In this document: piece by piece, positions 51,701 to 64,000 of the stretch | How positions within the stretch are numbered: the stretch's first letter is position 1 | Layout: each line of letters opens with the position of its first letter | Assembly: GCF_025526975.1 (NCBI RefSeq) | Contig: NW_026515677.1 | Coordinates: 372,001-436,000 of the forward strand | DNA length: 64,000 nucleotides | Origin: Fimicolochytrium jonesii | Taxonomy: Eukaryota | Direction of reading: 5' to 3' | Notes under the pieces: generated by a model | Databases searched by the model: none | Seen by the model: only the letters and a program-made list of their open reading frames with translations | What the model was told of the DNA's origin: nothing | Made by a program: the position numbers and the translations under genes

Positions 51701-51920
51701 ACGCAAGAACAAGAACGAAAATGGGATCAACGCGGACGCGTTTGAGGACCATGCGAAGGAGGAGGCTGCGATGAAGAAGATTGAGGCGAAGGTGGCGAGT
51801 AAGCCGAAGAAGAAGAAGATGACGAGGAATGATGTCAAGGCGAGGGAGGTTAGGAGGAGGGCGAGGCATATGAAGTGGTTGGTTGAAGGGGGGGTTAAGG
51901 AGCCTGATACTGGTGAGTAG
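48732..51920 (+). CDS. TEF3: Fungal translation elongation factor 3 (HEAT repeats, 2 ABC domains, chromo-like insert)
   Basis: ATTFVAEVTGPALAIMVPLL, FSLAYGGMMLL, GHNGAGKSTL, LSGGWKMKL, LLLDEPTNHLD, LSGGQKVKVV, basic C-tail; intronless 1062 aa. Confidence 0.93.
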   Translation: MPPVAAMDSAPEQDFDQAKRSLESVARIKQLLNDLYTCETSDDCVAIAADLGEAVQAGGLHMLRTAGVLDNLSREAQNKKSGLAREGALLGLHGLVRVIGRPIEPHFLPLLPILLDSYADKGQPVREAAEMAVNALLGVVSPYSTRNILPYLFEAMTRKWQTMVGALEALSKLAATAPDQIALALPEIIPNVTERLHDTKAEVEKAATKCMTDVCAVANNPDIAPHLPMLVSCMARPTEVPDCVQKLSATTFVAEVTGPALAIMVPLLVRALNERSMAVVRPTTVITDNLCKLVRDPAEAGQFLPQLLPGLDKLIETAAFPEIRQLATVAKNTLMRAGGDVAASGADLKDSLTIESVNQVLARLRAYLAEVARWKDTDPFAAVSINHVGSVLHELLVAEDYHDEAWQQNCSPYLAAFIPKPQADAVLGKLATHYRHVEHERRLRESGLDKEEGEELCSCDFSLAYGGMMLLNHTTLRLMRGRRYGLCGHNGAGKSTLMRAISKGKVENFPPQDQLRAVLVEHSLQGEDTSLPVLDFVATDKRLAGISRDAIEKALRDVQFDDERIAQQVGSLSGGWKMKLELARAILMNADLLLLDEPTNHLDVGNVAWLVNYLTSQPNLTVLVVSHDSGFLDNVCTDIIHYERKKLVFYKGNLSKFVERRPEAKSYYTLSTDNVKFAFPPPAFLQGINSKTKSILKMTDATYTYPGAPKPSLSGVSVGVSLSSRVAIIGPNGAGKSTLIKVLTGEAIPQEGQVWKHPNLRVGYVAQHAFHHLDQHLEKTPNQYIQWRYQGGEDREVLEKESRKLTEQDEKQMETPIDIDGSKRRIEYLIGRSKLKKSFQYEVKWVGLIPKHNTWVPREKLLELGFQKLVQAFDDREASREGQGYRELSPSVIRKHIEDVGLDGDIADHNAISGLSGGQKVKVVIAAAMWNNPHMLVLDEPTNYLDRDSLGGLAVAIRDWGGAVVMISHNEEFVGALCPEVWNVEAGRLTRKNKNENGINADAFEDHAKEEAAMKKIEAKVASKPKKKKMTRNDVKAREVRRRARHMKWLVEGGVKEPDTGE

Positions 51921-52406
51921 CCCTTTTCGTCACTCGCAATGCCTTTTGTCACTTGGACCAGTACTGACCATTGCTTCCTCCTCGGCTCATTCTCCAACAG
52001 ACTCCGATTAGAGCTAGCCGCCATCTAATTATTCTAGAATGGATAGAGAAGCATCAGCATTACGCACGCTATCGGGCTTGACTTTTTATTTTTTGCTGAG
52101 GGTGCCACACACATTGGGCCCCCGTGTAATTTTTGTTTGTGCCTCTTTCCCCTTTTTGTGATTTTCTTCACTTATGTCCTTTAAGCTATTTTTGTGTTTT
52201 ATTTATGGCTGGTCGGTGATAATAGACGACGCTTGGCGCCATTTTACGTTTGATGCATGCTGGGTTGTATATGGCGGAGGGACTTTTCCCCGTGGGTGGC
52301 TGGGTATGGGGGGATCAGGCTATGAATCTATCTAATCCGGCGTTTGCGGAAAGCAGGTTGCGACGATGTACATGGGGCCCTGCTCAGCGCCGTTGGTCCC
52401 CGTTTC

Positions 52407-53850
52407 TCAAAACTTGACAGACTTGCTAAGCCTCGCAAACTCCCTCTTAACAAGACTCGTCCGCATCAGGTCTGCCAAGTCTTTTGCCAACTTTCGGTAT
52501 CCCTGAGTACAAACACATGAGATCCGGAATGCCCCAAGCTTCAAGGCAAACGGGGTTAGTTGAGTCCATGCTCACCTTAGCAGAAAAATGCTGCCCATCA
52601 CTTGTCCAGAACGATTTGTGTCGGAAATCGTAACTCAGTGCGTCGAGCGGTGGGCCGGGTTTCACTATTTCCTGATTACTACCCCCCCGCACCAAAAACA
52701 ATCAGTACCCGCCTCCCAGCCACGTCCTCCCCCACCCGTATCCATGCACGAACCTCTGAATCCACAACCCCAATATCTCATTCCGCCTCATGTTGGCCTC
52801 AACGACCGCGTCGCCTTTGGGTTCATCGTTGTGGTTGGGTATCGTGCAGATCCAGACGTCTTTGCCCATGGTGGAGAGTGTGCGGCAGGTTGCGGCGATG
52901 TTGCGGACTGTGGACTCGGGGTCGAGGGTGGGGTTGCTGCGGGTGTGATGCGGTTTCTGGTCAGTGATTCTCTCGAAGGGTGGTGATGAAGTATGAGGGA
53001 CGGTGAACGAACCGGTAGTCATTGGACCCGAGGAACACGATCACCACATCGGCGTCCGCGTATGTGGGGTCTTCAAACACCGCTTCGAACTTGGTGCGCC
53101 CGGCGTTGGGGGCTTTTGCGTTTTTCGGTAGCCTGGACCCATGCGTTAGTCGAAGCCCTCGCGCGAAAGGGCTTGCTGGGAAGGAATACATACCAATCCT
53201 CACTCGTCGTCCCCATCGCTCCGCGGTTATGAATCACCCATGATTGACGTAGATTGTAGCGTTCGCCTAGTAAGGCTCTTCGGAGGTGTCCCGCAATTCC
53301 TAGAGAACGGGGGCTGTTTGAGACACTCGTTGATTAAGATAGACAAGGCTACTTGACCGATCGAACCTGATGTTCCGGCGACAGATAGGTCGTCGCCGTA
53401 GCCAAAAGCGTGGTCATCCCCTGCAACCCATCATGGGCATCAGCATATGGCCATTAACATCCCACAGAACGCGCGATGGTTTCCGGACCTATTATCACTA
53501 TTTTGTTCTTCAGCGCTGAATACGGTTTCGTTTGCGTGCCTGTTTTCGCATTCAACCACTAAAATCACATCCCATTGGTGAAACAGTTCAAAGGAAGACT
53601 TCTCCAAAACGCAGCACAATGCACATACATTGCTAAAGATAAGCCCATACAGGTATACACAACTCGTCAAGTAAGTGATAACAGCGGCTGCATACGCTTG
53701 GATAATGGGTAGTGGGTTGGTCCGTGCCAAAATCGACTGCCTGGGTGATGGAGGCCTCGGTTTGCGGGGCGAAGATTTCGAACGCGGGGAGGGGGTATCT
53801 GCTTCCCGTTTTGCGGAGGCTCTTGTTGGACGCTTGTGAGGGGTGGTCAT
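52407..53850 (-). CDS. SGNH/GDSL-fold protein, multi-exon, with atypical block I (GDD)
   Basis: KIVIIG|DDHAFGYGD, VIVFLGSND, SDGQHFSAK|GYRKLA; N-terminal hydrophobic segment. Confidence 0.7.
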
Positions 53851-54119
53851 GTTGCTGGGGGTGCGTGTCGGAGGGAGTGAGGTTGGGCGTGATCTCTGTA
53901 GTGACCTCCGAGGATGGGCATTGGGCAAGCCCCAGAGAACAGCTGTCGACATGTGCCTGCCGGAACCAGCGCCAGAACGCGTCGATAAAGTAAGTGATGT
54001 GGGTGATGAGCGCATGACGGAGTTTCTTCCAGCCCAGAAACGAAAGCACACCTTTGGACTGGACGACTTTCACAAACTGGGAATACTGGCTAATATACTA
54101 CTTGCATAGTGCAGAGACA

Positions 54120-55919
54120 ATGTCACCAGGAAAGACGCAGGATGGGAGGGTAATAGACTATCAAGAGCTGCAGCGGCATAACAAAGCAACCGACTGCTGG
54201 GTCGCTCTTCACGGCCAGGTTTACGATTTGACATCCTTTCTGGACGAACACCCGGTATGTTTCTGTGGCATATGCTGACCACCCTGGAAAGTAATACGTT
54301 AAGTAAAGCATTGAGGCAGGGCGGGCGACGTTTGATTCTTGCGCAAGCAGGTTCGTTCAAGAGCGTTGCACATTGCCAAGCAGACCGCGAAGTGTCGAGC
54401 GGAGATACATAGCCTCTGACCGCTTTACAAACAGGGACTGACGGAACCGAAGCCTTCGAGGAAGTTCACTCGAAGGATGTCATAAGTCGGACGTTGTCGC
54501 CGGAAACCCTCATTGGTGCTCTTGATCAGGAGACGGTTCCAGAGAAAGCCGTGAAGCTGCCCGGGTCGCAACCGAAAGGCACAATGGCCGAGGAGGGAAA
54601 ACCGGACTTGGCTCGGGTGCTGAACATGTACGAGTTTGAGTACATTGCACGGAAGACGATGAAGAAGGGTGCTTGGAACTACTATTCATCTGGTAAGATG
54701 AGAGGTTCTCAGTGCATCATGGCTTGCTTTCGCCCGTTGACCCAAGGTTGTCGTCCAGGAACCGACGACGAAATCACATTGCGAGAAAACACGAGTGCCT
54801 TCCAACGGGTGTGGCTCATCCCCCGAGTCCTGGTAGACGTGTCCCGCATCAACTTCGAAACCACAATCCTCGGATACCCCTCCTCCGCTCCATTCTACAT
54901 GACCGCAACGGCGCTAGGAAAACTGGGGCACATGGAGGGAGAACTGGCGTTGACACGCGCAGCGGGGAAATCCAAGATCATCCATATGCTTCCGACGCTA
55001 TCGTCGTTCTCGTTGGATGAGATGACGGCGGTGCGAGGGCCGGATCAAGTCCAGTTCTTTCAGCTGTATGTGAACAAGGACAGGAAGATCACGGAGCGGA
55101 TCGTCAAGCAGGCCGAGGCGAGGGGGTGTAAGGCTTTGTTCATCACTGTGGATGCGCCTGCATTAGGTACCTAGCCTGCGTCCCTTCGGGCACATCAGCG
55201 GTGAACCTAAGTTGTCACTCACACCTCATGTCTTTCCACCAGGCAACCGCGAAAAGGACATGCGCACAAAATTCGTCGACGACCGGCCCGCCGAAATGGA
55301 AGAAAAAGACGTAAAACGCTCCGAAGGCGCCGCGCGCGCCATTTCCACCTTCATCGACGACACCCTCTGCTGGGCCGACATCCCGTGGTTCAAACGCATC
55401 ACACACCTCCCCATCGTCCTCAAAGGCATCCAATGCGCCGCCGACGCCGTCCTGGCCGCCCAACACGGCGTTGCGGGGATCGTGCTATCCAACCACGGCG
55501 GGCGGCAGTTGGAGACTGCCCGATCGGGGCTGGAGATCTTGCCGGAGGTCATGGCCGCCCTCAAAAGCTACTACGCAGACCACCCCGGGCCGGAGATGGA
55601 AGTCTACATCGACGGCGGGGTCCGGCGCGCAACCGACGTGATCAAAGCCCTCGCGATGGGCGCCAAAGCCGTGGGCATCGGTCGGCCGTTCCTGTACGCC
55701 ATGAGCGCGTACGGGCAGCCAGGAGTCGAGAAGGCGATACAGCTGCTAAAGGATGAAATGAACATGGCGTTACGGTTGCTGGGGGCGCCGACGTTGGCGC
55801 ATTTGAGACCTGATATGGTGGATGCGAGGAACTTGGGGTTGCATGTCGGACCGCCGATTAGGAATTACCTTTCGGAGGCGGTTTATGAGCCGTTGGCTTT
55901 TGGGAATCATAAACTGTGA
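54120..55919 (+). CDS. CYB2: Flavocytochrome b2 / L-lactate dehydrogenase (cytochrome b5 domain plus FMN alpha-hydroxy acid dehydrogenase)
   Basis: DCWVALHGQVYDLTSFLDEHP|GG, AWNYYSSG, TATALGKLGH, QLYVNKDR, ITVDAP, LSNHGGRQL, DGGVRRATD. Confidence 0.93.
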
Positions 55920-56190
55920 TTTAGCGCTTCGGGGATGTTGTGTGCGTAATAGCGCATGGGGGCCATAGTTTCTATTAGCATAGTCATCATTGTCGTATAG
56001 ATGCAACACCGTATGTGGGAATACATTGAAAAATGGTGCAGAAAAATCGAGAACAGAAGACTGAAGCACATCCTGGACAGGAACGAACTTTCGAGATTGG
56101 GCATCGTCGATCGGAACTGCATTGGTATCGAGCTATTCCCCACAAAACACCTTGAATACGTACTTGGCAAACCAAAATTCACACCCGCCC

Positions 56191-58392
56191 TCATCCACCG
56201 GTCCCAACCCCCCGCCTCGCAACCATCGCCACAATCATCTCCACCTCCTCCTCCCTCAACCCCGTCCACAACCTCGCAGCCCACCCCTCACCCACCTCCC
56301 CGTCCCCGACCTCCGCCGTGTCCCTCCGCCCATCCAACCGCGCCAACACGATATCCAGGACACAAAACCCTAGTTTGGCCGATTCTCCCGTCTTCCATTT
56401 GAGTTCTGAGTGGAGAAGCCGTAACTCGGTTGAGCGGTTGGTGTCGAGGAGGATGTCGAGGACGGCGAGCCAGCCGGGGACTGACGGGGTGATGGAATTG
56501 GAGTCTAGGAGGTCTATGATGGGTTTGGTCGGTTTGGTGTGGACTTGACACGCTGCTTTCAGGACGTCGTTTGAGAACGCCGGGGTATGTGACACGCCGT
56601 TTGCGGCGCAGGTCGTGATCAGATTCTGGATGGAGTCCCAGGGTTGCTTCGTTGCCACGGCGCCTCGTAGTAGCGCCGTGTACATTTGTGAAAGTGTGGT
56701 GGCAGCTACGGGAAAGGGGATTTGTCGTCGGCGGCTCACGAGGTCAGTTGCGTCATCCATCCGCTCGGTGACTGCGAGCGCTTCGAAGAGGTTGCATATG
56801 GCTTCGTCCACCTTGTCCGCGGCGCCGCGAGGAGTGTCGGTGGGGGTTGAGGCTAACCGTGGGATGGCGGACTTTCGGGCTAGTGTGAGCGCAGTGTCAT
56901 ACGCTTTGTCGGCAATAGCAGCCGAAATGAGATCAGCGATGACGTCCAAAGCCACGAGTGAGCTCGTCTTTGTGGCGGCATCTTCGAAGACATTGTCCAC
57001 TTCTTCCCATTTCGAAAGCTTCGCTAACATCCGTAGGATATGGTTGAGGGTCGAGGGTAGTGGCTCGATACCCCGTTCCACCATGTCCGCATACAGCTCC
57101 TGAGCTGTTGTTGCATCCCCGTGGGAGCAGCACAGCCCGATGACAGAGTCATAGATATCTGCTCCTGGAGAAACGACGGCCGCATGCGCGACATCTCCCT
57201 TCGTCGGGCGCTTCGGCGCAAGGCTTTGAAGATGTCTGAAGACCTGTAGTGCACCAGAAACATCGTCGGCGGCAACGATGGCTTTGATGACAACTCTCCA
57301 GATGGCATAGTCTGGTCGAGGCACAATGGCGCTGTTCGAGTTCAACATCTCATTGAGCATTTTCCGCGCCGCTTCGTGATTCCGGTTATTGGCGTGTGCG
57401 GCGACGCACAGTCGATAGCTACTTAGGTTGGGCACGATATCGAGAGACTGCTGCATATCCTGGAACAATCTGATGGCGGCGGTGTTTCGCTTTCGCCGGA
57501 TAGAGCTCATCATCATCTGGTTGTAGATGGAAACGCTAGGGCTGAATCCCAACGCGCGCATTTCTCGAAACAAGCGCTCGCCCTCGGCATGACTCTCTTT
57601 CTCCAAGAAGCCGCGGATCAAGATAGTGTACGTTGTCGCATCCGGCTTCAGAGGGTGTTCTGCGGTAGGATCCCACGACTCTGGGGTCTTGAGCTTGTCC
57701 AGAACACCCAAAGCAGCTGCCATCTGGTTATTCCGCACATAGACCGATATGAGGCTGTTATAAGCTCGGATCGAAGGCCGCATTCCTTTGCGCCTCATCT
57801 CGAGGATGAGAGCATTTACTGTCGAGGAGTTGTTTCGGTCGTCGTGCAGCCGTATCAGGCGCTCGTACTCTTCGGAGCTTGCGGACGACGCCAGCTTTCG
57901 AACGATGGACGACATCACTGTCGCTTTAGAATCTGCGGCCGCATTGGTCTGGGTGCTGTCGAGTATGCGGAAAAGCTGATGATGGGCCATGGTAGACCAC
58001 CTGACGTTGTCCAGGGTGCTTTCCATCAGTTTCGTGTAATCGTCCCACACCTCGTGGGTCGAGCCTTCTGTTGTTCTCAGCCTCTCCAAGAATCGCACCG
58101 TAAGTTCATCGTACATTTCCCTCTCATCGTCGTTTTCTAACGTCGGAAATCGTTTAACGGCCACAGAACTCGACTTTTGCCCTTGCGACCGCTCCAACGA
58201 CGACGATCCCTTGGGTTGCTCTTTGGTTAAATCCGGTGCTTGGGTTTTGGGGGGCGCCGACCCTCCAAATGCGGAACGTAGCGAGAACAGCGTCCGTCTC
58301 CACTGATTTCGGTCTCTTTGGCGCAAGCGGGCAGCGGTGCACTTGGCGCATACAAAGCGCCGTGTTCCGGCGACTCCGCGGACGAAAGACAT
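56191..58392 (-). CDS. Pentatricopeptide repeat protein, probably mitochondrial
   Basis: PSIRAYNSLISVY, PDATTYTILIRGF, PSVSIYNQMM, PNLSSYRL repeats; Arg-rich N-terminus. Confidence 0.9.
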   Translation of the reverse strand: MSFVRGVAGTRRFVCAKCTAARLRQRDRNQWRRTLFSLRSAFGGSAPPKTQAPDLTKEQPKGSSSLERSQGQKSSSVAVKRFPTLENDDEREMYDELTVRFLERLRTTEGSTHEVWDDYTKLMESTLDNVRWSTMAHHQLFRILDSTQTNAAADSKATVMSSIVRKLASSASSEEYERLIRLHDDRNNSSTVNALILEMRRKGMRPSIRAYNSLISVYVRNNQMAAALGVLDKLKTPESWDPTAEHPLKPDATTYTILIRGFLEKESHAEGERLFREMRALGFSPSVSIYNQMMMSSIRRKRNTAAIRLFQDMQQSLDIVPNLSSYRLCVAAHANNRNHEAARKMLNEMLNSNSAIVPRPDYAIWRVVIKAIVAADDVSGALQVFRHLQSLAPKRPTKGDVAHAAVVSPGADIYDSVIGLCCSHGDATTAQELYADMVERGIEPLPSTLNHILRMLAKLSKWEEVDNVFEDAATKTSSLVALDVIADLISAAIADKAYDTALTLARKSAIPRLASTPTDTPRGAADKVDEAICNLFEALAVTERMDDATDLVSRRRQIPFPVAATTLSQMYTALLRGAVATKQPWDSIQNLITTCAANGVSHTPAFSNDVLKAACQVHTKPTKPIIDLLDSNSITPSVPGWLAVLDILLDTNRSTELRLLHSELKWKTGESAKLGFCVLDIVLARLDGRRDTAEVGDGEVGEGWAARLWTGLREEEVEMIVAMVARRGVGTGG

Positions 58393-58742
58393 TGAAAAGA
58401 GACCCACAACCGCTTGACGTCTTGTACTCCAACCGGCTTGAATGCAAAAGTAGCGCCGTCGTTGGAAGTTCGAGTACCGTTGTCTGCGGAGTGCGTTTGG
58501 GGAGCTACTGTATGTACAGTAGATCGGTTACGAAGGCTTTGCAGGTGGGCAGGTGGGCGATTGAGCGTCTTGCGAAGATTGCACAGCCACCCATCCGCGA
58601 GAGAAAGCGGTGACACACAGGGTGACACATCGCTCGCTCGCTCGGGGACGCGCCCACTCCTCCCTCTCCCGCAACCCCCAGTCCAAGTAGCAGTCCAAGA
58701 AGTCTTCTTTTCCGCTGAAGATCCCCACAAGCGAGGTTCGAG

Positions 58743-61106
58743 ATGCATGCTCGACTGGCGAAGCAATGCTGCTCCCGCCCTCGCCCGGGTTGCAGGCGCT
58801 ATCATCCCGTGCAAGCAGGTTACCGAGAGCTACTCACGAACAGGGAGCCGCTGAGATACCGAGGTCCAGAAGGCGCCATTCCCGCTGCCGAGCAGCGCAA
58901 AACTTATTTGACAGACACGGAGCCCTCTTACTCTGCCTCTTACTTCTCGAACGCCATCGGCTCCGACGCGCCGTCGCCTGCAATAGCCGCCGTGCGGCAA
59001 ACCCACATAGAGGATCATCAACAGGGCCCTCACAACGGCAGCACATCCGCCACAAAACGGCTGAAGGAGCGCATCACCAGCCAGATCACCGGGACTGCGC
59101 AGGCGCAACTGGCCGTGGAGGAGGAGGTCGATAACGGACAGCAGGCCACGGGAGATACCCGGATACCCACCCCGCGAGAGATCCGTGCATACTTGGACGA
59201 GTTTGTCATTGGGCAGGAGGATTTGAAGCGGACGCTTGCTGTAGCCTTGCGCAGTCATTATGCGAGGCTGCAGATCAATATGAAGCAGGCTCAGTCGGCG
59301 GATCCTCGCGAAGGTAAGACCTTCGAGGAAGTTTCGTATCATCACTGACCAGCGATGGTGCTGACCTCCGAGAATCCCATAGTAGAGCGATTCAATCCGC
59401 AGCCGAGTCATCTCCGTTCCGCGATGGACTCCGAGGAGCGGGTTCTGGTTGACAAGAGCAATGTGCTGCTCGTTGGTCCCACGGGGTCAGGTATGTTGAA
59501 CCGCCCTTATCATACCCTATATCCACCCCGCCACACGCCTCACTCCCCACTTCTACTTACGTAGGCAAGACGCTCATCGTGCGTACGCTTGCAAAAGTCC
59601 TGGACGTCCCATTCTCAATGAATGACGCTACGCCGTTCACGCAGTCCGGATATGTCGGAGAGGATGTAGAAATCTGCATCTACCGATTACTGCAGAATGC
59701 CGAGTTTGACGTGAACCGGGCGCAGAAGGGGATCATCTTCGTCGATGAGATTGAGTGAGTGGAGTTACATCCAGCAATGATATTGACATTGAATATCACT
59801 GACATCTTTGCCCCTCCAGCAAAATCGCCCGCCGCTCCGACGCCGCCAACCCCAACCAACGCGACGTCTCCGGCGAAGGCGTGCAACAAGGCCTGCTCCG
59901 GATGCTCGAAGGCACGGTTGTCAACGTGACAGTGAAACCGGGGACAGCGGGCTCGAAGCGGAACTCGGCGCAGGGTGGGGATGTCTATTCGGTGGATACG
60001 TCGAATATATTGTTTGTGTGCTCGGGCGCGTTTGTAGGGCTGGATAGGATTGTGGATGAGAGGGTTGGGGCTAAGGGGGTATGTCGGGTGTATCAGCAGA
60101 CTGGGATCTGATGAGAGACTTACGAAGCCTGGCGCCTTTCAACTCTAGTCGATTGGGTTTGATGCGCCTGTGAGGAGTCAGGCGTCTGACGCCAACGAAC
60201 CTGCCAACAATGTTCTGCAACACGCGGAACCGGAAGATTTGATCCGCTACGGTCTGATTCCGGAATTCGTAGGTAACAAATCGAACCTCATATCTCAGTA
60301 CCACTCCTCTTCCTCTCTTTGAATCCAAAGACTAATGCTGCATTCCAGGCAGGTTACCCGTCCTCGCCAGCGCCAAAGCCCTCGAAATCGAAGACCTCGT
60401 GCGCATCCTGGTGGAACCAAAGAACGCACTGACGAAGCAGCTGCAGCGGATCTTTGAGATGGACGACGTGAGTGACCCGCCGCCAAGTCTGTTACCGAGC
60501 ACGATCCGTGCTGATTATTTCGTATGTTATGCCGTACAGATGGAAGTCCTATTCCACCCCGAAGCCCTCCGCAAAATCGCAGAAGTGGCCATCAAGAAGA
60601 AGACAGGCGCGCGCGGTCTACGCCGTATCACCGTAAGTCTTGGCCCACCCACCCAACCCCTTCAACAAACGATCACATACCCTGCCTGACCTTTGACCTT
60701 GATGGCCCCACAGGAACGCCTCCTCCAACACCCCCTCTACGAATACCCCGGCACCGACATCCGCTACGTCGTTGTCGACCCTCAATCAATCGAGACCTCC
60801 CGCCCAAGGGGGTTCACGCAGAAGGAGAGGGAGTTGGCGTATGAGGCTGCCGGGTTTGGGACTGTTATTCCTGCTGAGGGTCGGTCGGCGTCATCATCCT
60901 CGTCCGCCACGACACCGACACCCACGCCAACCCCGACGGCGAAAACAAGAAAGACCCGCGCGTCACTGGCGGATAGGGAAGGGGAGAAGGATAAAGTGGG
61001 GGGTTTGCCGTCGTTGCAGACTAGACCTTCGAAGGGGCAGGGCCATACGGCAACACCGAGTGTGCGGCCACCGGCGAATCCGGAGGGGTTTGATTCGACT
61101 ATGTGA
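58743..61106 (+). CDS. MCX1: Mitochondrial ClpX AAA+ chaperone, multi-exon
   Basis: [82 protein letters not shown]. Confidence 0.93.
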
Positions 61107-61571
61107 TTCTGTATCTGTCCATTGAGAGGGGGGAGCATGTAAAGACAACTAGGTGGTTTTTTTGGAGGAGGAAGGGGAATGTATTTTGGGTACGCTGTGG
61201 CAGCATTCTATGATTCCCCTCCGCGTATGTGAGAAACGTGATGGTGGTGTGGGGTTGTGGGATTGGACAATAATCTGATTTTGGAAGCGCTCCCAAGCCC
61301 CACTTGACCGGATTTCGTGGATCTTCCTCAGTCAAATCCGGATGAAGATAACGACACGGGCGCCTCTCGCGGTGTTTCAGCATCTACCTCCTCTTGCCCT
61401 TCTCGCTCCTCACCCTGGTCCTTCCGCAACTGCTGGCGCTTCATTAAGACCACCAGTTCCCTCCCGTATTCACCCACAGGTGCGAAAAATGGCAGACTCC
61501 CATTAAATCAAACCCTCGTTTCGCAAAAATAGATATTGCAATATGTACAGTGGCGAGAAGGCCCAAGATCT

Positions 61572-62206
61572 CTATATATCTTTGTAGTTCTGTTTCTCCA
61601 ACGCCGACCTGTCGTAGCAAGAAACAACGGTGAATTCCCAACCTCCAAAAGGCCCAACCAAAACACCCCACACAACCCATGAAACCCCACCGGGACATAC
61701 CTGGTCTTCAAATGAAAAGCAATCTGCACCTTCTTCCTCACATGCGCCAAATACAGCCTCCACTCCTTCTCCTTCCTCTTCCTCCTCTTCCGATCCGGGT
61801 TGCGCTCGAACCGTTCCTGCGCGCGCACAGTTTCCCGCAGGCGGGACTCCTGAATCACGTCGCGCAGCCGGGCGTAGGCCTGGGTGGGGCGGTCGGGAAT
61901 CGTGCGGATGGAGCGGCCTTGGCTGTCCTCGGCGGTTGTGTGGGGGCGGTAGGTGCGGCGTTGGGATAGGAGAGCGGGGGATGAAGTTGAGGTTGGGGGG
62001 AGCGGGCTGGGGTGGGATGGGGACTGGCGGAGTCTTTGTAGTATGTGGAGGGATCGTTGTTGTTGTTGTTGCTGTTGGGTGTGGGTGCGTAACGTGCTAG
62101 ATCGCAGTACTGGGGTAGTTATGCGGTTTGCGATCACGGCCAGAACCTTCCCGGTGGACGGTGCTGCTGAGCACGCCCGAATGGCGATTTGCGGAAGGAA
62201 AGCCAT
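61572..62206 (-). CDS. Mitochondrial ribosomal protein S21-like, 2 exons
   Basis: GRSI..AYARLRDVIQESRLRETVRAQERFERNPDRKRRKRKE..KKVQ after a presequence-like N-terminus. Confidence 0.8.
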
Positions 62207-62850
62207 TTGCGCTGCTGGAGACTGCCGTATGACTGGAAACAAAAGACTTATTTCGCAGTATGTGCACACTGCTGGGTGTCTTCGAGTCGAATGTCGTCTG
62301 GGTTCGAAATGGCGATAGGAATGGAAACCCGACATGGAAACTCGGACTCGCCTCTCAACTCGACGGGTGGCGCAGACGCCACAGGACGTGGCTTGGCAAA
62401 TGACAGCACGCTGTCGAAACTAACATCCCATCGCCGATTCCATTCATTTACTGGGGGCTTCACACTTTATCGCCTTCTAACTTTCCGCCACCGCCATACT
62501 CGTAGTATTGTTATTCCATACATACGCCAAAACAAGGTTAAGACTCTTCTCTTTGATCCTATGGGGGGGACCGGCGGAGACTTATGCATAGCCTCCCGGC
62601 TTTGAGGTGATATTCTCCCACTGCCCTCCGTCTTTGTCTCGCTCTCGTCACTGACTTCCAGCTGCTTTGGGTAAATACAAAGTCTTTGACTCGCAAGTGG
62701 AAGCACTGCTCCATCATAACTGCAAGGGCTACCATAGAACGTCGACCACTGTAAGTCGGTAACCTCATGGGCGATATCGGAGTTGTGTGAATTCCCAGAT
62801 GCTTAATTGCCCTTGAACTCACCTCAGGCATCTTGAAAGCCAAAGCAACC

Positions 62851-64000
<1,150 letters not shown>

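Overview
Intron-rich eukaryotic DNA, almost certainly fungal: short GT-AG introns with CTRAY branch sites and an eEF3 gene. The sequence style suggests an early-diverging lineage such as a chytrid, which is inference. From about 9.2 kb to the end is a dense block of housekeeping genes: RanBP1/YRB1, SNX4, a SIRT4-type sirtuin, SAH1, APN1, RIB7, NAA50-like and bacterial-type GNATs, an F-box protein, NSRP1, a ~3,450-aa multi-Ig/ASH-like protein, FKBP12, eEF3, an SGNH-fold protein, cytochrome b2, a PPR protein, ClpX, mitochondrial S21 and a partial CaMK. The first ~9 kb is a mobile/accessory island. Its centrepiece, hidden in the ORF track because it is split by six introns, is an apparently intact 7-exon, 761-aa Fanzor1 (eukaryotic TnpB-like RNA-guided nuclease) on the minus strand (7173->3602) with all three RuvC acidic residues and the Zn finger. 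Downstream lie a candidate omegaRNA region, a 416-bp MITE (16-bp TIRs, perfect 10-bp TSD) and a co-oriented ORF with a PemK/MazF-like motif pattern. Upstream lies a Crypton-like GCR1_C remnant bracketed by inverted arrays of a ~58-bp CTTCC-containing repeat. Two Fanzor introns carry GC-rich inserts bounded by poly-G. All family calls are from motif recognition by eye; no database search was run.
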